The position numbers and the translations under genes were made by a program. Under the pieces are notes generated by a model. That model was given only the letters and a program-made list of their open reading frames with translations, was not told the origin of the DNA and did no database searches. Shown in pieces: positions 1 to 9,845 of a DNA stretch of 64,000 nucleotides; position 1 is the first letter of the stretch, and each line of letters begins with the position of its first letter. The stretch comes from Planctomycetota bacterium (GTDB taxonomy: Bacteria > Planctomycetota > JAJSAM01 > JAJVHW01): the NCBI GenBank assembly GCA_965248445.1, contig CBDFJG010000003.1, forward strand, positions 1,088,001-1,152,000. Reading direction: 5' to 3'.

Positions 1-726
1 GAGATCGGCGATCGTGGTGTCGGTCTCGTGGCCAACTCCGCAGACGACGGGCACGGGCGACGCCGCAACGGCCCGCGCGACGACCTCCTCGTTGAACGAC
101 CAGAGGTCTTCGAGACTCCCGCCGCCGCGCAGCAGCGCGATGGCGTCGAACTCGTCCACCTGCGGGACGAACTCGAGCGCGCGCACGATCTCACCCGCTG
201 CCTCGGCCCCCTGGACGCGCACCGGGAACACGGTGACGTGGGCGCCCGGCATGCGGCGGCGCTGGATGCGCAGGAAGTCGCGGAGCGCGGCGGACGTCGG
301 CGACGTGACCACCGCGATGCGCTGCGCGAGCAGCGGCAGCGGCCGCTTGCGGTCTGCGTCGAACAGCCCGTCGGCGCGCAGCCGCTTCTTCAGCTCCTCG
401 AACTTGACGTGCAGCGCGCCGACGCCGAGCGGCTCCAGCGAGCGCACGATGAGCTGGTACTTGCCGTGCGGTGGGTAGACGTCGATGTGCCCCGACGCGA
501 GCACCTCTTCGCCGTCGTTCGGGCGGAACTTCAGCCGGCCCGCGTACGAACGCCACATGGCACACACGAGTTGCGCGCCCTCGTCGCGGAGCGAGAAGTA
601 GATGTGCCCGGAACTCTGCCGCCGCAGATTCGAGATCTGGCCGCGGACCGTGACCGAGGAGAACGCGCCGCCGAGGAGGTCGGCGACCTCCCCGGTGAGC
701 TCCGAGACGGTGTAGACGTCGTCCAC
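1..726 (-). CDS. xseA: Exodeoxyribonuclease VII large subunit (3' end runs off the window)
   Basis: Manual translation from GTG at 726: VYTVSELT..GQISNLRRQSSGHIYFSLRD..VTSPTSAALRD..RGGGSLEDLWSFNEE..GVGHETDTTIADL. These are the canonical XseA motifs. Not in the ORF track because there is no stop inside the window. Confidence 0.95.
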   Translation of the reverse strand, partial: MDDVYTVSELTGEVADLLGGAFSSVTVRGQISNLRRQSSGHIYFSLRDEGAQLVCAMWRSYAGRLKFRPNDGEEVLASGHIDVYPPHGKYQLIVRSLEPLGVGALHVKFEELKKRLRADGLFDADRKRPLPLLAQRIAVVTSPTSAALRDFLRIQRRRMPGAHVTVFPVRVQGAEAAGEIVRALEFVPQVDEFDAIALLRGGGSLEDLWSFNEEVVARAVAASPVPVVCGVGHETDTTIADL

Positions 727-747
727 TTGCTCTCTGGGTTCAGCGCG

Positions 748-2346
748 TTACCGGGCGTAGTCCGTCACCCGCGTCTCGCGAAGGAGTGTGACCTTCACCT
801 CGCCCGGGTACGTCAGCTCGTCTTCGATCGACTTTGCGATCTCGCGCGCGAGGCGCTGCGAGGTGCGGTCGCCGATCTTGTTCGGGTTGACCATGACGCG
901 TAGCTCGCGACCCGCCTGGATGGCGAACGCGTTGTCCACGCCGTCGTAGCGGGTGGCGATCTCCTCGAGGCGCTGCAGGCGCTGGATGTAGCGCTCCAGC
1001 GTGTCGCGGCGGGCGCCCGGGCGGGATGCGCTGACGGCGTCGGCCGCAGCAGTCAGCACGGCGAAGGCTGTGTCCATCGGGATGTCGTTGTGATGGGCTG
1101 CGATGGCGTTCACGACGATGTCGTTCTCGCCGCAGCGCCGCGCCGCATCCGCACCGACGGCCGGGTGGCCGCCCTCGACCTCGTGGTCGATCGCCTTGCC
1201 GACGTCGTGGAGCAGGCCACAGCGGCGCGCGAGGCGCTCGTCGAGACCGAGTTCCGCGGCCATCAGGGCGCAGACGTTCGCGGCCTCGATCGAGTGCTGC
1301 AGGACGTTCTGTCCGTACGACGTCCGGAACTTCAGGCGGCCGAGCAGGTGCACGAGCTTGGGGTGCATGCGGCCGATGTTGAGGTCCATGACCGTGCGCT
1401 TGCCGGTCGCGTTGATGTCCTCCTCGACCTCCGAACCCGTCTGGCGCACGACCTCTTCGATGCGAGCTGGGTGGATGCGCCCGTCCTTGACGAGCTTCGC
1501 CATCGCGCGGCGTGCGGTCTCACGGCGCACACCGTCGAACGCCGACACGAGGACGATGCCCGGCGTGTCGTCCACGATCACGTCCACGCCGGCGGCCTTC
1601 TCGAACGCGCGGATGTTGCGACCCTCGCGTCCGATCACGCGTCCCTTGATGTCGTCAGTCGGCAGGTCGATGCCGGCGACCGTGATCTCGGATGCGTGCG
1701 ACGCGGCGATGCGCTGAATCGCCGTCGAGATGATGTCCCGCGCGCGGTCCTCCGAGGTCTGCTTGATGTTGTCCTCGGACTGCGCGATGAGGCGTTCCTC
1801 CTCCTCGGCGACGTCGGCGCGGATCTCCTGCAAGAGCTGCTCGCGCGCGGAGTCCTGCGTCAGGCCAGCCGCGGTGGCGAGCTGTTCGCGACGCTCGGTC
1901 AGGAGGCGCTCCGACTCGTCGGACTGCTCGCGCAGCGCGTCCTGCTTCTTCGCCACGCGGTCCTCGACGTCGGAGAGCATCTGCTTCCGACGGTCGAGCG
2001 CGATCTCGCGCTCGGACGCGACCTGGTCGCGCTTGTTCCCCGCACGCTCGCGCTCGCGCAACTCCGAGCGCTCACTCTGGAGTTTCTTCTCGCCCGCCTC
2101 CCGGATCTTCAGAACGTCGTCACGGGCGGAGAGCTCGGCCTCGCGCTGGATGCGTTCCGCTTCCCGCGTGGCCTGCTCGACGGCCTGCTGGCCCTCCTTC
2201 TCGGCGCGCGCGCGGATTCCGGACGCGCCGCGATTCAGCAGGAACCACGCTCCGCCCGCACCGGCGACGGTCGCGGCGATCGCCGCGATCCAGCCATCCG
2301 TCTCTAAGGCGAGGAGCGCCCCGAGGATCGTGTTCGAGAGTTCCAC
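748..2346 (-). CDS. rny: Ribonuclease Y
   Basis: N-terminal TM helix, coiled coil, KH domain (KGRVIGREGRNIRAFE), HD domain (SYGQNVLQHS, LLHDVGKA), SASRPGARR, AIQAGRELRV. Confidence 0.97.
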   Translation of the reverse strand: MELSNTILGALLALETDGWIAAIAATVAGAGGAWFLLNRGASGIRARAEKEGQQAVEQATREAERIQREAELSARDDVLKIREAGEKKLQSERSELRERERAGNKRDQVASEREIALDRRKQMLSDVEDRVAKKQDALREQSDESERLLTERREQLATAAGLTQDSAREQLLQEIRADVAEEEERLIAQSEDNIKQTSEDRARDIISTAIQRIAASHASEITVAGIDLPTDDIKGRVIGREGRNIRAFEKAAGVDVIVDDTPGIVLVSAFDGVRRETARRAMAKLVKDGRIHPARIEEVVRQTGSEVEEDINATGKRTVMDLNIGRMHPKLVHLLGRLKFRTSYGQNVLQHSIEAANVCALMAAELGLDERLARRCGLLHDVGKAIDHEVEGGHPAVGADAARRCGENDIVVNAIAAHHNDIPMDTAFAVLTAAADAVSASRPGARRDTLERYIQRLQRLEEIATRYDGVDNAFAIQAGRELRVMVNPNKIGDRTSQRLAREIAKSIEDELTYPGEVKVTLLRETRVTDYAR

Positions 2347-2410
2347 CTGCTACCTCCGGTCATCGTGTGAGGAGAGGGGGCCGCCGGGACGAGGTGTCCC
2401 GCCGGTGGCA

Positions 2411-2690
2411 GGTCGCGAACACGATGCGGGTCGCGCGCGCCTGCGAGTGCAGGTGGCGCGCACCATCGGGATCCCGGCGTCACCCCGGACCGGCGGGCTA
2501 CACCCGGCGAACCGTCAGCGACTTGGTGCGGGAACCGTCGGGCCGGCTCGGGGCGTCTGCCCCGCGTTCGTGCGTGTGCGCGGCCGGCCCCGGCGCGCGC
2601 TCGCGAGATTCCGGACTGTGGGCTCCGCCGCAGGGCGCGGCCGTCTCGTCCACAGATCCGGGTCGTAGTGAGCATCGTGTTGTGATCCGT
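2411..2690 (-). ncRNA. Candidate structured RNA upstream of rny (6S RNA candidate or structured leader)
   Basis: A perfect 10-bp inverted repeat (2418-2427 / 2672-2681) closes about 260 nt that contain internal hairpins (2611-2661, 2440-2453). A TATAAA box lies upstream at 2746-2741. 6S RNA is often syntenic with rny. Identity not confirmed. Confidence 0.3.
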
Positions 2691-2740
2691 CCCCGGGAGG
2701 GATGGCCGACGGCCGACTCCCCCCGAGCCCGTGAGGGACG

Positions 2741-2789
2741 TTTATACGCGACCCGCGGGCGCCTGGACGCAGAACCCAGAACGCAGAAC
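2741..2789 (-). promoter_or_regulatory. Putative -10 box (TATAAA) with three upstream heptamer direct repeats
   Basis: TATAAA at 2746-2741 on the minus strand in otherwise very GC-rich DNA. (G/C)CAGAAC x3 at 2769-2789. Confidence 0.3.
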
Positions 2790-2851
2790 GGCCGAGAGCA
2801 ACCGGGCGGGCGCCTGGCCTGGCTCGGGACGCCCCGGGGCACTGCGGGCGC

Positions 2852-4120
2852 TCAGTCGAAGCGCAGGCAGGAGAGCGAACTGGTCCGCCAGGCGTCCGGG
2901 GTGGCCTCGACGACGAGCGAATACCGGCCACCGAAGAACGGCGCCTTGTGGCCGCCGAGGAGGAGGTGGCCGTCCTCGAGCAGCACGGTCACCTGGGAGG
3001 CGGACTCCTCCACGGTGAAGGTTGCCTGCTTCGCCTGGAGCGTGCGGATCGCCCGGCCGGCGGCGTCCCGCCCGGTGATCGCCACGTCGAGCAGGCGGTC
3101 ACCCTCGACGCCACCGAGCGAATCGACCGTGTAGCCGACAGCTCCTGCCGACAGGTCGAGGAGGCGGTTCAGCTCGTCCTTGATCCGGCCCGTGTCGCGG
3201 GGGTTGCGTGCCGCCCCGTCGGCGGGACGTGGGAGTGCCGCCGTGGCAGGATCGCCGGTAGCTCCCGCGGCAACTCTCCCAGAACCCTCCGGCATCCTGC
3301 CAGTGCGGCGACCGGCGTCGGGACTCGACGTGGACGGGACACCGGCCGCGCCGCTGGAGAGGCGGGACCGCGCCGCGCCCAGCTGCGACTCGAGCGCCCG
3401 GATCTCGCGTTCCAGCTCATCGCCGCGGGCGGTCTCGGCACCGGCGCGCGTGCGCAACGTGTCGACCTGCGCGCGCAGCGCGGCGAGTTCCGCCTGACCG
3501 TCTTCGAGCGCCCCGAGACGGGTTCGCAGCGCCGCCTCGCGTTCTGCGGCACCGGAGCGCTGGTCACCCATCGCGTCGCGCGTCTCGGTCAGCTCGTCGC
3601 GCGACGCCGACACGTCCGAACGGGAGCGCGCCAGCTCTTCTTCCAGCGACTTCAAACGAACGGCGAATGCCTCGGCAACGTCGCGACGTTCGAGCTCTTG
3701 CTGCCCGCGCTGCAACTCCGCCTGCGAATCGAGGACAGCGGTGAGTCTTCCGTCGATCTCCTGGCGAACGCCGTCCGTGCGATTCCAGATGGCCCAGACG
3801 AGAGCCGCCGCGAGAATCGGGGCGAGCATGGCGGCGTAGACGAGGTACCGCGAACGGCGTTGCTCCTTGCGCAGTGACTTGCCCAGGTACTCGTGAGACT
3901 CACGAACCCGCTCGAGCGTGCGCGACAGTTCCCGGGCCTGCGCGCGATTGGCGGCGGCGTCGCGGTGCGCCTGTTCCAGCCAGGTCGAAAGGCCGGCTTC
4001 ACTCGCCGCCGACAGTGCCGCACCGGCGGGAATCAGCTCGGCGGAGTTTTCCGCGTGCTGTTCCTGTTCCTGTTCGCTGGGGGGTGCGTCGTCAGCGTGG
4101 TTGGTCGGGGGGGGGGGCAT
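2852..4120 (-). CDS. Hypothetical membrane-anchored coiled-coil protein
   Basis: 422-aa ORF, AGGAG RBS upstream of the ATG, one TM segment (YLVYAAMLAPILAAALVWAIW), long heptad-rich region. Confidence 0.75.
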   Translation of the reverse strand: MPPPPTNHADDAPPSEQEQEQHAENSAELIPAGAALSAASEAGLSTWLEQAHRDAAANRAQARELSRTLERVRESHEYLGKSLRKEQRRSRYLVYAAMLAPILAAALVWAIWNRTDGVRQEIDGRLTAVLDSQAELQRGQQELERRDVAEAFAVRLKSLEEELARSRSDVSASRDELTETRDAMGDQRSGAAEREAALRTRLGALEDGQAELAALRAQVDTLRTRAGAETARGDELEREIRALESQLGAARSRLSSGAAGVPSTSSPDAGRRTGRMPEGSGRVAAGATGDPATAALPRPADGAARNPRDTGRIKDELNRLLDLSAGAVGYTVDSLGGVEGDRLLDVAITGRDAAGRAIRTLQAKQATFTVEESASQVTVLLEDGHLLLGGHKAPFFGGRYSLVVEATPDAWRTSSLSCLRFD

Positions 4121-4837
4121 CCGGGGCGTCTCCTGCCGGGGCGAGCAACGAGGTGTCGCGCACTCCGCCGGGATCCTCGCGCAACGCGTGGAAGTCGCGA
4201 AGGCTCACGTCGATGCGCGAGAGCTCAGTCTCGCCCCATTGGACGCCCGAGACGCTCGAGAACTCCGCCCCCGCCGGCAGGGCCACCAGGATCCGCGCCG
4301 AGGACAGCGGTCCGACCGTGACACGCGCACGCTCGCCGCCGAGCGTGCGGAGCCGCAACGCAGCCGCGGGCGTCAGGTCCGAGACCGGGACGGCGCCGGA
4401 AAGCGGCCCCGTGAGCGGCTCGACGGGCTCCCACGGCTCGCCGGCTCCGGCGCGCACCCGCAGCGGGACGGACGCGAGGTCCACCTCCCAGTCGCCGTTC
4501 CTCCCGCGGTTGGCGGCCCAGACGCTGGCGAGCCGGCGGGCCGGCGAAGCGGCGGGGAACAAGCGTCGGGCGAGCACGGCCTCGCCACCGCCATCCGGTC
4601 CTCCGGTCCGGCGGGGAGAAGCAGGAAGAGACGTCCGGGCGCAGTCGTCAGTCCGTAGAGCGCGACCGACCGCGGCGGCGCAGGCGGCGGAACGGCGGTG
4701 CGGCCGGAGGATCCGCCAAGGTGTCCCAGCGCCGCGAGCACTCCGAACGCGGCGGCTGCGCCGACGAGCAGGCCGCCGAGTACGGCCATCCAGGGGCGCA
4801 TCGGCGGCTTGCCGGGGGTTCGGGAATGTTCGATCAA
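4092..4837 (-). pseudogene. Hypothetical membrane protein frameshifted by an 8-bp duplication
   Basis: ORFs 4373..4837 and 4092..4577 join in frame (LLLPAGPDGGGEAVLARRLF) when one TCCGGTCC copy at 4594-4609 is removed. Confidence 0.65.
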
Positions 4838-4877
4838 AGGGCGGTCCGGACGGCGTTCACTTCCCGGCGGGTCCCTT

Positions 4878-5708
4878 CTAGTTGTCCTTCTTGATTTCCG
4901 GCTTGTCGGCCCACGCCTTGCGGTCCTTCTTGGTGTCGTTCAGGTAGGCGCGCGCAGCCGTGGGGTCGGTCAGGTTCTTCTTGCCGGACAGTCGCTTCAG
5001 CGCCTTCATCACGCCGCCGCCGATGACGTTCCACTTCGTCTTCAGGTTGTTGTCGTTCGCCTTGAAGCCGCTGTACGTGCCTTCGCTCTGCTTGATCACG
5101 TCTTCGAACAACTGCTTGCGCAGCTTGCCGGGTGCGTTCTCGTAACCGGCGATCGCGTGCGCAGCGGCGTTGATGACGTCGTAGTCCTTGTACTTCAGCA
5201 GGTCGCTGACTGTCTTGACCGCCGTCTTGCCCGGGTCAGCCATGGACCCAAGTGCGGTCAAGCACGCCTTCCACACGGCCTTCGCCGGCTTCTTGGACTT
5301 CAGCGCCTTGCCGAGCTGCTTCGTGATGGTCTTGGTCGCGTGTTCCGGACCAAGCATCGCCAGCGTCTTGATACCCGCGACCTTGGCTTTGTTGTCCTTG
5401 TTCGACGCGATCTTCTGCAAGTAGCCGGGGATGGGCGACTTGGTGTCCTCGGTGAGTTTCTCGTCGTTCCACATCGTGCCGAGCTTCGTCGCCGTGGCGA
5501 TGGCCGTGACACCAGGCATCTTCGAGAGCTTCTTCTTGAGGTTCTTCAGGTAGTCGGCAGCGTCGGCATTCGCCTTCTCCTCCGCAGTCATCACGGGCTC
5601 GTCGGCCTCGTGGTGATCGGCCAGGACCGGCGGGGCCGCCGAGAACAGGCCGAGGACGCACGCCATTGCGAACACTGCGGCGGAGGAGACTGCGGTGAGT
5701 TTCTTCAT
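4878..5708 (-). CDS. Secreted Lys-rich HEAT-repeat-like protein
   Basis: Signal peptide MKKLTAV..VLA and alpha-helical repeats (AVWKACLTALGSM, VINAAAHAIAGY). Strong codon bias. Confidence 0.75.
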   Translation of the reverse strand: MKKLTAVSSAAVFAMACVLGLFSAAPPVLADHHEADEPVMTAEEKANADAADYLKNLKKKLSKMPGVTAIATATKLGTMWNDEKLTEDTKSPIPGYLQKIASNKDNKAKVAGIKTLAMLGPEHATKTITKQLGKALKSKKPAKAVWKACLTALGSMADPGKTAVKTVSDLLKYKDYDVINAAAHAIAGYENAPGKLRKQLFEDVIKQSEGTYSGFKANDNNLKTKWNVIGGGVMKALKRLSGKKNLTDPTAARAYLNDTKKDRKAWADKPEIKKDN

Positions 5709-5770
5709 GTGAGGACTCCGGGGGGCGCGGCCGGCTGGGCCACTGTCATTCTGCGCGGGCCAGACGGATT

Positions 5771-6607
5771 CTAAGCCGAGGACCCCTCAACGGTGCGAGG
5801 TCCCTGTGTTCCTTCCAAGCAAGAGGCGAGCCAGGCCGCCTCCGAGCCTGGAGCCTTGCAGAGGGTGCCGTCGATCGAGGACAGGGGCGTGATCCCTGAG
5901 AGACTGGAGGTCAGGAACACCTCCCGGGCTCGCTGGAGGTCGCTCGGGCGGAGGCGCCGCTCGGCCACCGGGCGGCCGTCAGTCGCGAATGCCGCCAGCG
6001 CCCGGGCCCGGGTGACTCCCGGCAGGACTCCCCGCTCCAGGGGCGGAGTCACCACGCGGTCGCCGAGCACCGCGAACACGTTCGCGAAGTCGGCCTCCGC
6101 CACGTCCCCATCCACCGTCCTGATCAGACCGACGTGCGCGCCCGCGGCGCGCGCCTCGCGGCGGGCCAGCACGAAGGGCATCCACGAGAGCGACTTGTGG
6201 CCCGACAGACGGCTCCGCGGATCGATGCGATGGCCCGCGATCGTGACGGCACGGAGCGGCTTCGAGGGCTCGCGAAACTCACGCGGGCTGATTCGCGTCG
6301 CCGTGTAGGAGAGGCGCGGCGTGAGTTCATCGGGCGAGACGAACCCGCGCGGCCCGCGCATGGTGAGGCGCACGCGCAACGCGGAGCGTCGCGGCATCAC
6401 GGCGCGCTTCCATGCTCGCGCCGCACCGCGGCGCATGCGCTCGGCCAGGTTCGCGGGACACGGCAATCCCAGGGCGGCGGCACTCGACTGCATCCGCGCT
6501 GCGTGCAACTCGATCAGTTTGGAGTGACCGCGCACGAGCAGGATCGTCTCGAAGAGTCCCTCACCCACCTCTGCGCCGCGATCCACTTGCGCTTCTCGGC
6601 GGGTCAT
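5771..6607 (-). CDS. Class IV PLP aminotransferase / aminodeoxychorismate lyase (PabC-like)
   Basis: GEGLFETI, LHAARM, HKS (PLP Lys), ANVF, GVLPGVTR, EVFLTSS. Overlaps the pabB stop codon. Confidence 0.88.
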   Translation of the reverse strand: MTRREAQVDRGAEVGEGLFETILLVRGHSKLIELHAARMQSSAAALGLPCPANLAERMRRGAARAWKRAVMPRRSALRVRLTMRGPRGFVSPDELTPRLSYTATRISPREFREPSKPLRAVTIAGHRIDPRSRLSGHKSLSWMPFVLARREARAAGAHVGLIRTVDGDVAEADFANVFAVLGDRVVTPPLERGVLPGVTRARALAAFATDGRPVAERRLRPSDLQRAREVFLTSSLSGITPLSSIDGTLCKAPGSEAAWLASCLEGTQGPRTVEGSSA

Positions 6608-7974
6608 GCGTCACTCTCGGTCAGCGCACGAATGAGCGCCCGCGCCTTGTCGAGAGTCTCATCGTACTCCGCCGCCGGATCGCTGTCCGCGACGATGCCG
6701 CCGCCGACGTGAAAGCTGACCGCGCTCTCGTCCGCGACGAGAGTTCTGATCAGGATGTTAAGGACCAGATCCCCGTCGTATCCGAACCAGCCGGCGGCTC
6801 CGCAATAGGGACCGCGGCGCACGTCCTCGAGCTCGTCGAGGATCTGCATGGCACGGATTTTCGGTGCCCCGGTGATGCTCCCGCCCGGCATCGTTGCCGC
6901 CACGAGGTCCGCGGCGTGCACGCGATCGGAGAGGCGCGCGGCGACGGTGGCAACGGCGTGATGCACCGTCGGGTGGGCCTCGAGCACTCGCTCTTCGAGC
7001 ACTTCGACGCTGCCTGTCTCCGCCACGCGACCCAGATCGTTGCGCAGCAGGTCGACGATCATCGCGAGTTCGGCCCGGTCCTTCTCGCTACGCAGGAGCG
7101 CGTCGGCGAGCGCCGCGTCCTCCGTGCCGTCCGCTCCGCGCGGACGCGTCCCCTTGATCGGGCGAGTGACGATGCGCGTCCCGCGGCGTTCGAGGAACAA
7201 CTCAGGGCTGATCGAGAGCACGGCCGGACCGCCCAGGTCCATCCAACACCCGTAGGGCGCGGGCGACGCGCGCCGCAACCGCGCATACAGGTCGATCGGA
7301 TCGACGCCGAGTTCGGCGGTGAAACGCTGCGAGAGGTTCGCCTGGAAGATGTCTCCCGCGCGGATGTACTCGAGCACCCGTTCGAGGCGCGCGAGATACA
7401 CCTCTTTCTCGACGTCCGGAACGACGTTCTGCGCTGCGGGAGCATCCCGCGGCGTGACTTCCGGGAGTGCGCCGACGAGATCGACGAACTCGGCCTGGCG
7501 GGCGACCAACCGCGACGGTCCCTCGCGCATGTCGCAGACGCCGCTGACGAACAGCCGCCGGTCCACGCGGTCCTCGACGAGCAGGCTCTCGTACTCCGCC
7601 AGCACGAGGTCGGGCACGCGCGGGTCGGGGCCGTGCCGGTCGGGCAGGTCTTCGACGTGGCGACCGATGTCGTACGAGATCCACCCGAGGAACCCGCCTC
7701 GGAACGGCGCCGGCGACTCCGGGTCCGGTGCCAGTCGGCGCTGCCCCACGACGTGGCGCAGCGCCGTCAGAGCTCCGGTCTTGCCAGCGGGCCAGCGCAG
7801 CGTGCGAATGGGCCGCCAGCCGAGAACGGACCAGCGGGCGCTGGGTCCCGCCGGGCCGCTCGAGTCCAGGAACGCCACGCCCGGCTCCCGCGCAGCAAGT
7901 GCGCGCGCAGCGGGCCAGAGTTCGGTGTACGGCAACTCCTGCCGGTATGCGGCCAGGGGGCGTGGGCTGGGCAC
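6604..7974 (-). CDS. pabB: Aminodeoxychorismate synthase component I
   Basis: FLDS, GDIFQANLSQ, SISPELF, TRPIKGTRPRG, EKDRAELAMIVDLLRNDLGRV, PGGSITGAPKIRAMQI, GGGIVADS. Confidence 0.92.
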   Translation of the reverse strand: MPSPRPLAAYRQELPYTELWPAARALAAREPGVAFLDSSGPAGPSARWSVLGWRPIRTLRWPAGKTGALTALRHVVGQRRLAPDPESPAPFRGGFLGWISYDIGRHVEDLPDRHGPDPRVPDLVLAEYESLLVEDRVDRRLFVSGVCDMREGPSRLVARQAEFVDLVGALPEVTPRDAPAAQNVVPDVEKEVYLARLERVLEYIRAGDIFQANLSQRFTAELGVDPIDLYARLRRASPAPYGCWMDLGGPAVLSISPELFLERRGTRIVTRPIKGTRPRGADGTEDAALADALLRSEKDRAELAMIVDLLRNDLGRVAETGSVEVLEERVLEAHPTVHHAVATVAARLSDRVHAADLVAATMPGGSITGAPKIRAMQILDELEDVRRGPYCGAAGWFGYDGDLVLNILIRTLVADESAVSFHVGGGIVADSDPAAEYDETLDKARALIRALTESDA

Positions 7975-8094
7975 GGCGAGAGCGTCGCAGACGCGGACCG
8001 CCCAGGGAGGCGATTACTTGGCGCCCGTTCCCTGGTGCCGATTGTCTGGTGCCGATTCCTTGGCGTGCGGCGCCGACGGCGGGACGCTCGGTCC

Positions 8095-8985
8095 GTGCAC
8101 CCCGACGAGGCCGTGGATCGTTTCCTCGCCAACGGCCGCGTGGCGCGGCGGCTGTCGCCCCACACGCTGGAGGCGTACGGCGCCGATCTCTCGCGTCTGG
8201 CGGCGCACCTCGACGCGGACGGCGTGCGCGACGTGGCGGCGGTGGACTCCGCGGCGCTGCGTGCGTTTCTCGCCGGAGAGGCGGCCCGGGGGCTCGCGTC
8301 CACGAGCCTTGCTCGAGTCGTCGCGACCGCCCGCAGCTTCTTCAAGTACCTCCACCGCGAGGGCGTCGTCCCGCGCAACCCGGCGGCGGCACTGCGGTCG
8401 CCGCGCAAGCGAAGGACGCTTCCGGAACCACTCACGCAGAAGGAGGTCGAGCGGCTGCTGTCACTCCCCCTGCCGCCTGGGATGCGCGGCGCCCGCGACC
8501 GCTCGATTCTCGAAACTCTCTACTCGGCGGGTCTGCGTGTCGGTGAACTCTGCGGCGCCGACCTGGCCGACGTCGACCTTGAGACGGGCGTCATGCGCGT
8601 GCGCGGCAAGGGCAAGAAGGAGCGCCTGACGTTCCTAGGGGGAGCCGCCCGCCGCGCGATCGAGCGCTACCTCGCCCTGCGACAGACGACGCGCGGCCAT
8701 GGCGCGACCGAGGCGCTGTTCGTCAACAACCGCAGCGGACGACTGACGACGCGCAGCGTGGAGCGCATCGTGAAGCGGGAGCTCGAACGCGCCGGTCTCG
8801 CGGGGCGCGGCACGCCACACACTCTGCGGCACTCATTCGCGACGCACATGCTCGACGCGGGAGCCGATCTCCGAACGGTGCAGGAACTACTCGGTCACAG
8901 CGATCCCGCTACGACGCAGATCTACACGCACGTGACGCCGCGCCTCTTGCGCGAGGCGTACTCGAAGGCGCACCCGCGCGCATGA
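8095..8985 (+). CDS. xerC: Tyrosine recombinase XerC/XerD
   Basis: C-terminal ~296 aa of the long ORF: LSPHTLEAY, RDRSILETLYSAGLRVGEL, GKGKKER, TPHTLRHSFATHMLDAGADLRTVQELLGH, TTQIYTHV. Start placed at GTG 8095. Confidence 0.9.
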   Translation: MHPDEAVDRFLANGRVARRLSPHTLEAYGADLSRLAAHLDADGVRDVAAVDSAALRAFLAGEAARGLASTSLARVVATARSFFKYLHREGVVPRNPAAALRSPRKRRTLPEPLTQKEVERLLSLPLPPGMRGARDRSILETLYSAGLRVGELCGADLADVDLETGVMRVRGKGKKERLTFLGGAARRAIERYLALRQTTRGHGATEALFVNNRSGRLTTRSVERIVKRELERAGLAGRGTPHTLRHSFATHMLDAGADLRTVQELLGHSDPATTQIYTHVTPRLLREAYSKAHPRA

Positions 8986-8995
8986 GGCGACAGCG

Positions 8996-9346
8996 GTGAG
9001 CAACCGGCGTCTCGCGGCCGTGCTCGGGTTTCTCGGCGTGGCACTGGGTGCGTTTGGGGCGCACGGCCTCGACAAGGCGGTGGCCGCCGAACGGCTCGAT
9101 CAGGCGCTCGACTGGTGGCACACGGGTGCGGTCTACCACCTGCTGCACGCGGTCGCGATTCTGGCGCTCGGCGACCGCCGGGCGGCTGCGCCGGCCTGGT
9201 GCTTCGCCGCCGGCATCCTGGTCTTCAGCGGAACGCTCTACGCGATGGCTCTCGGAGCGCCGCGCTGGTTCGGCGCGGTCACGCCGTTCGGCGGCCTGCT
9301 GCTGCTCGCGGGCTGGCTGCTGCTGCTCCGCCGACCCCGCGACTAG
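8996..9346 (+). CDS. DUF423 family membrane protein
   Basis: GVALGAFGAHGL, YHLLHA, GILVFSGTLY, GAVTPFGG. Confidence 0.92.
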   Translation: MSNRRLAAVLGFLGVALGAFGAHGLDKAVAAERLDQALDWWHTGAVYHLLHAVAILALGDRRAAAPAWCFAAGILVFSGTLYAMALGAPRWFGAVTPFGGLLLLAGWLLLLRRPRD

Positions 9347-9813
9347 CTGCGGTGGAACTCGACGGCGCCGTCCGGCAGGAAGTAGAGGATCAGCATGCGG
9401 CCGTCGGAGACACGCGGCTTGTGGGTGGTGCCAGGCCGGAACACGACCCAGCCGGCGGGGTGGCCATCGAAGCGCGGATCGCCGTCCTCCGCGAAGCAGA
9501 GGTTGATCTCGCCGTTGGTGTGCGTGTGCTTGGGGCCGACGATGTTCTCCATCACGACGGCATCGACGCTGTAGCCGCCTGACTCTTCACCCGGCTTGAC
9601 CGGGCGGGAGAACGAGATGCCCCCGGCTTCGCGATCGCACAGCCAGCCGTCAGCGACTCCCTGCTGAGCGGCCTCGCGGACCGCCGCGCAGACGTCGCCT
9701 GAAAGCGGCAGTTCCGCGTTCAGGCGTTCCGCCAATCCGGGCATCCCGGGGTCGACGTCGCGGAGCACGGAGAAGACGGGCCCGAGGGCCTCCACAAGTG
9801 ATTCGCGTCCCAT
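9343..9813 (-). CDS. DUF4863 / hydroxylaminobenzoate lyase-like cupin protein
   Basis: GWLC, HTHTNGEINLC, FDGHPAGWVV, H.P.V..G..LILYFLPDGAVEF pattern. Confidence 0.8.
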   Translation of the reverse strand: MGRESLVEALGPVFSVLRDVDPGMPGLAERLNAELPLSGDVCAAVREAAQQGVADGWLCDREAGGISFSRPVKPGEESGGYSVDAVVMENIVGPKHTHTNGEINLCFAEDGDPRFDGHPAGWVVFRPGTTHKPRVSDGRMLILYFLPDGAVEFHRS

Positions 9814-9845
9814 CTCGTAAGCCTACCGGGGTCCGGGAGGACATA

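Noticed and set aside
6412..8094. 857-aa ORF suggesting a giant XerC fusion
   Set aside because: The N-terminal 561 aa are the antisense shadow of pabB. Recombinase similarity starts at ~8095.
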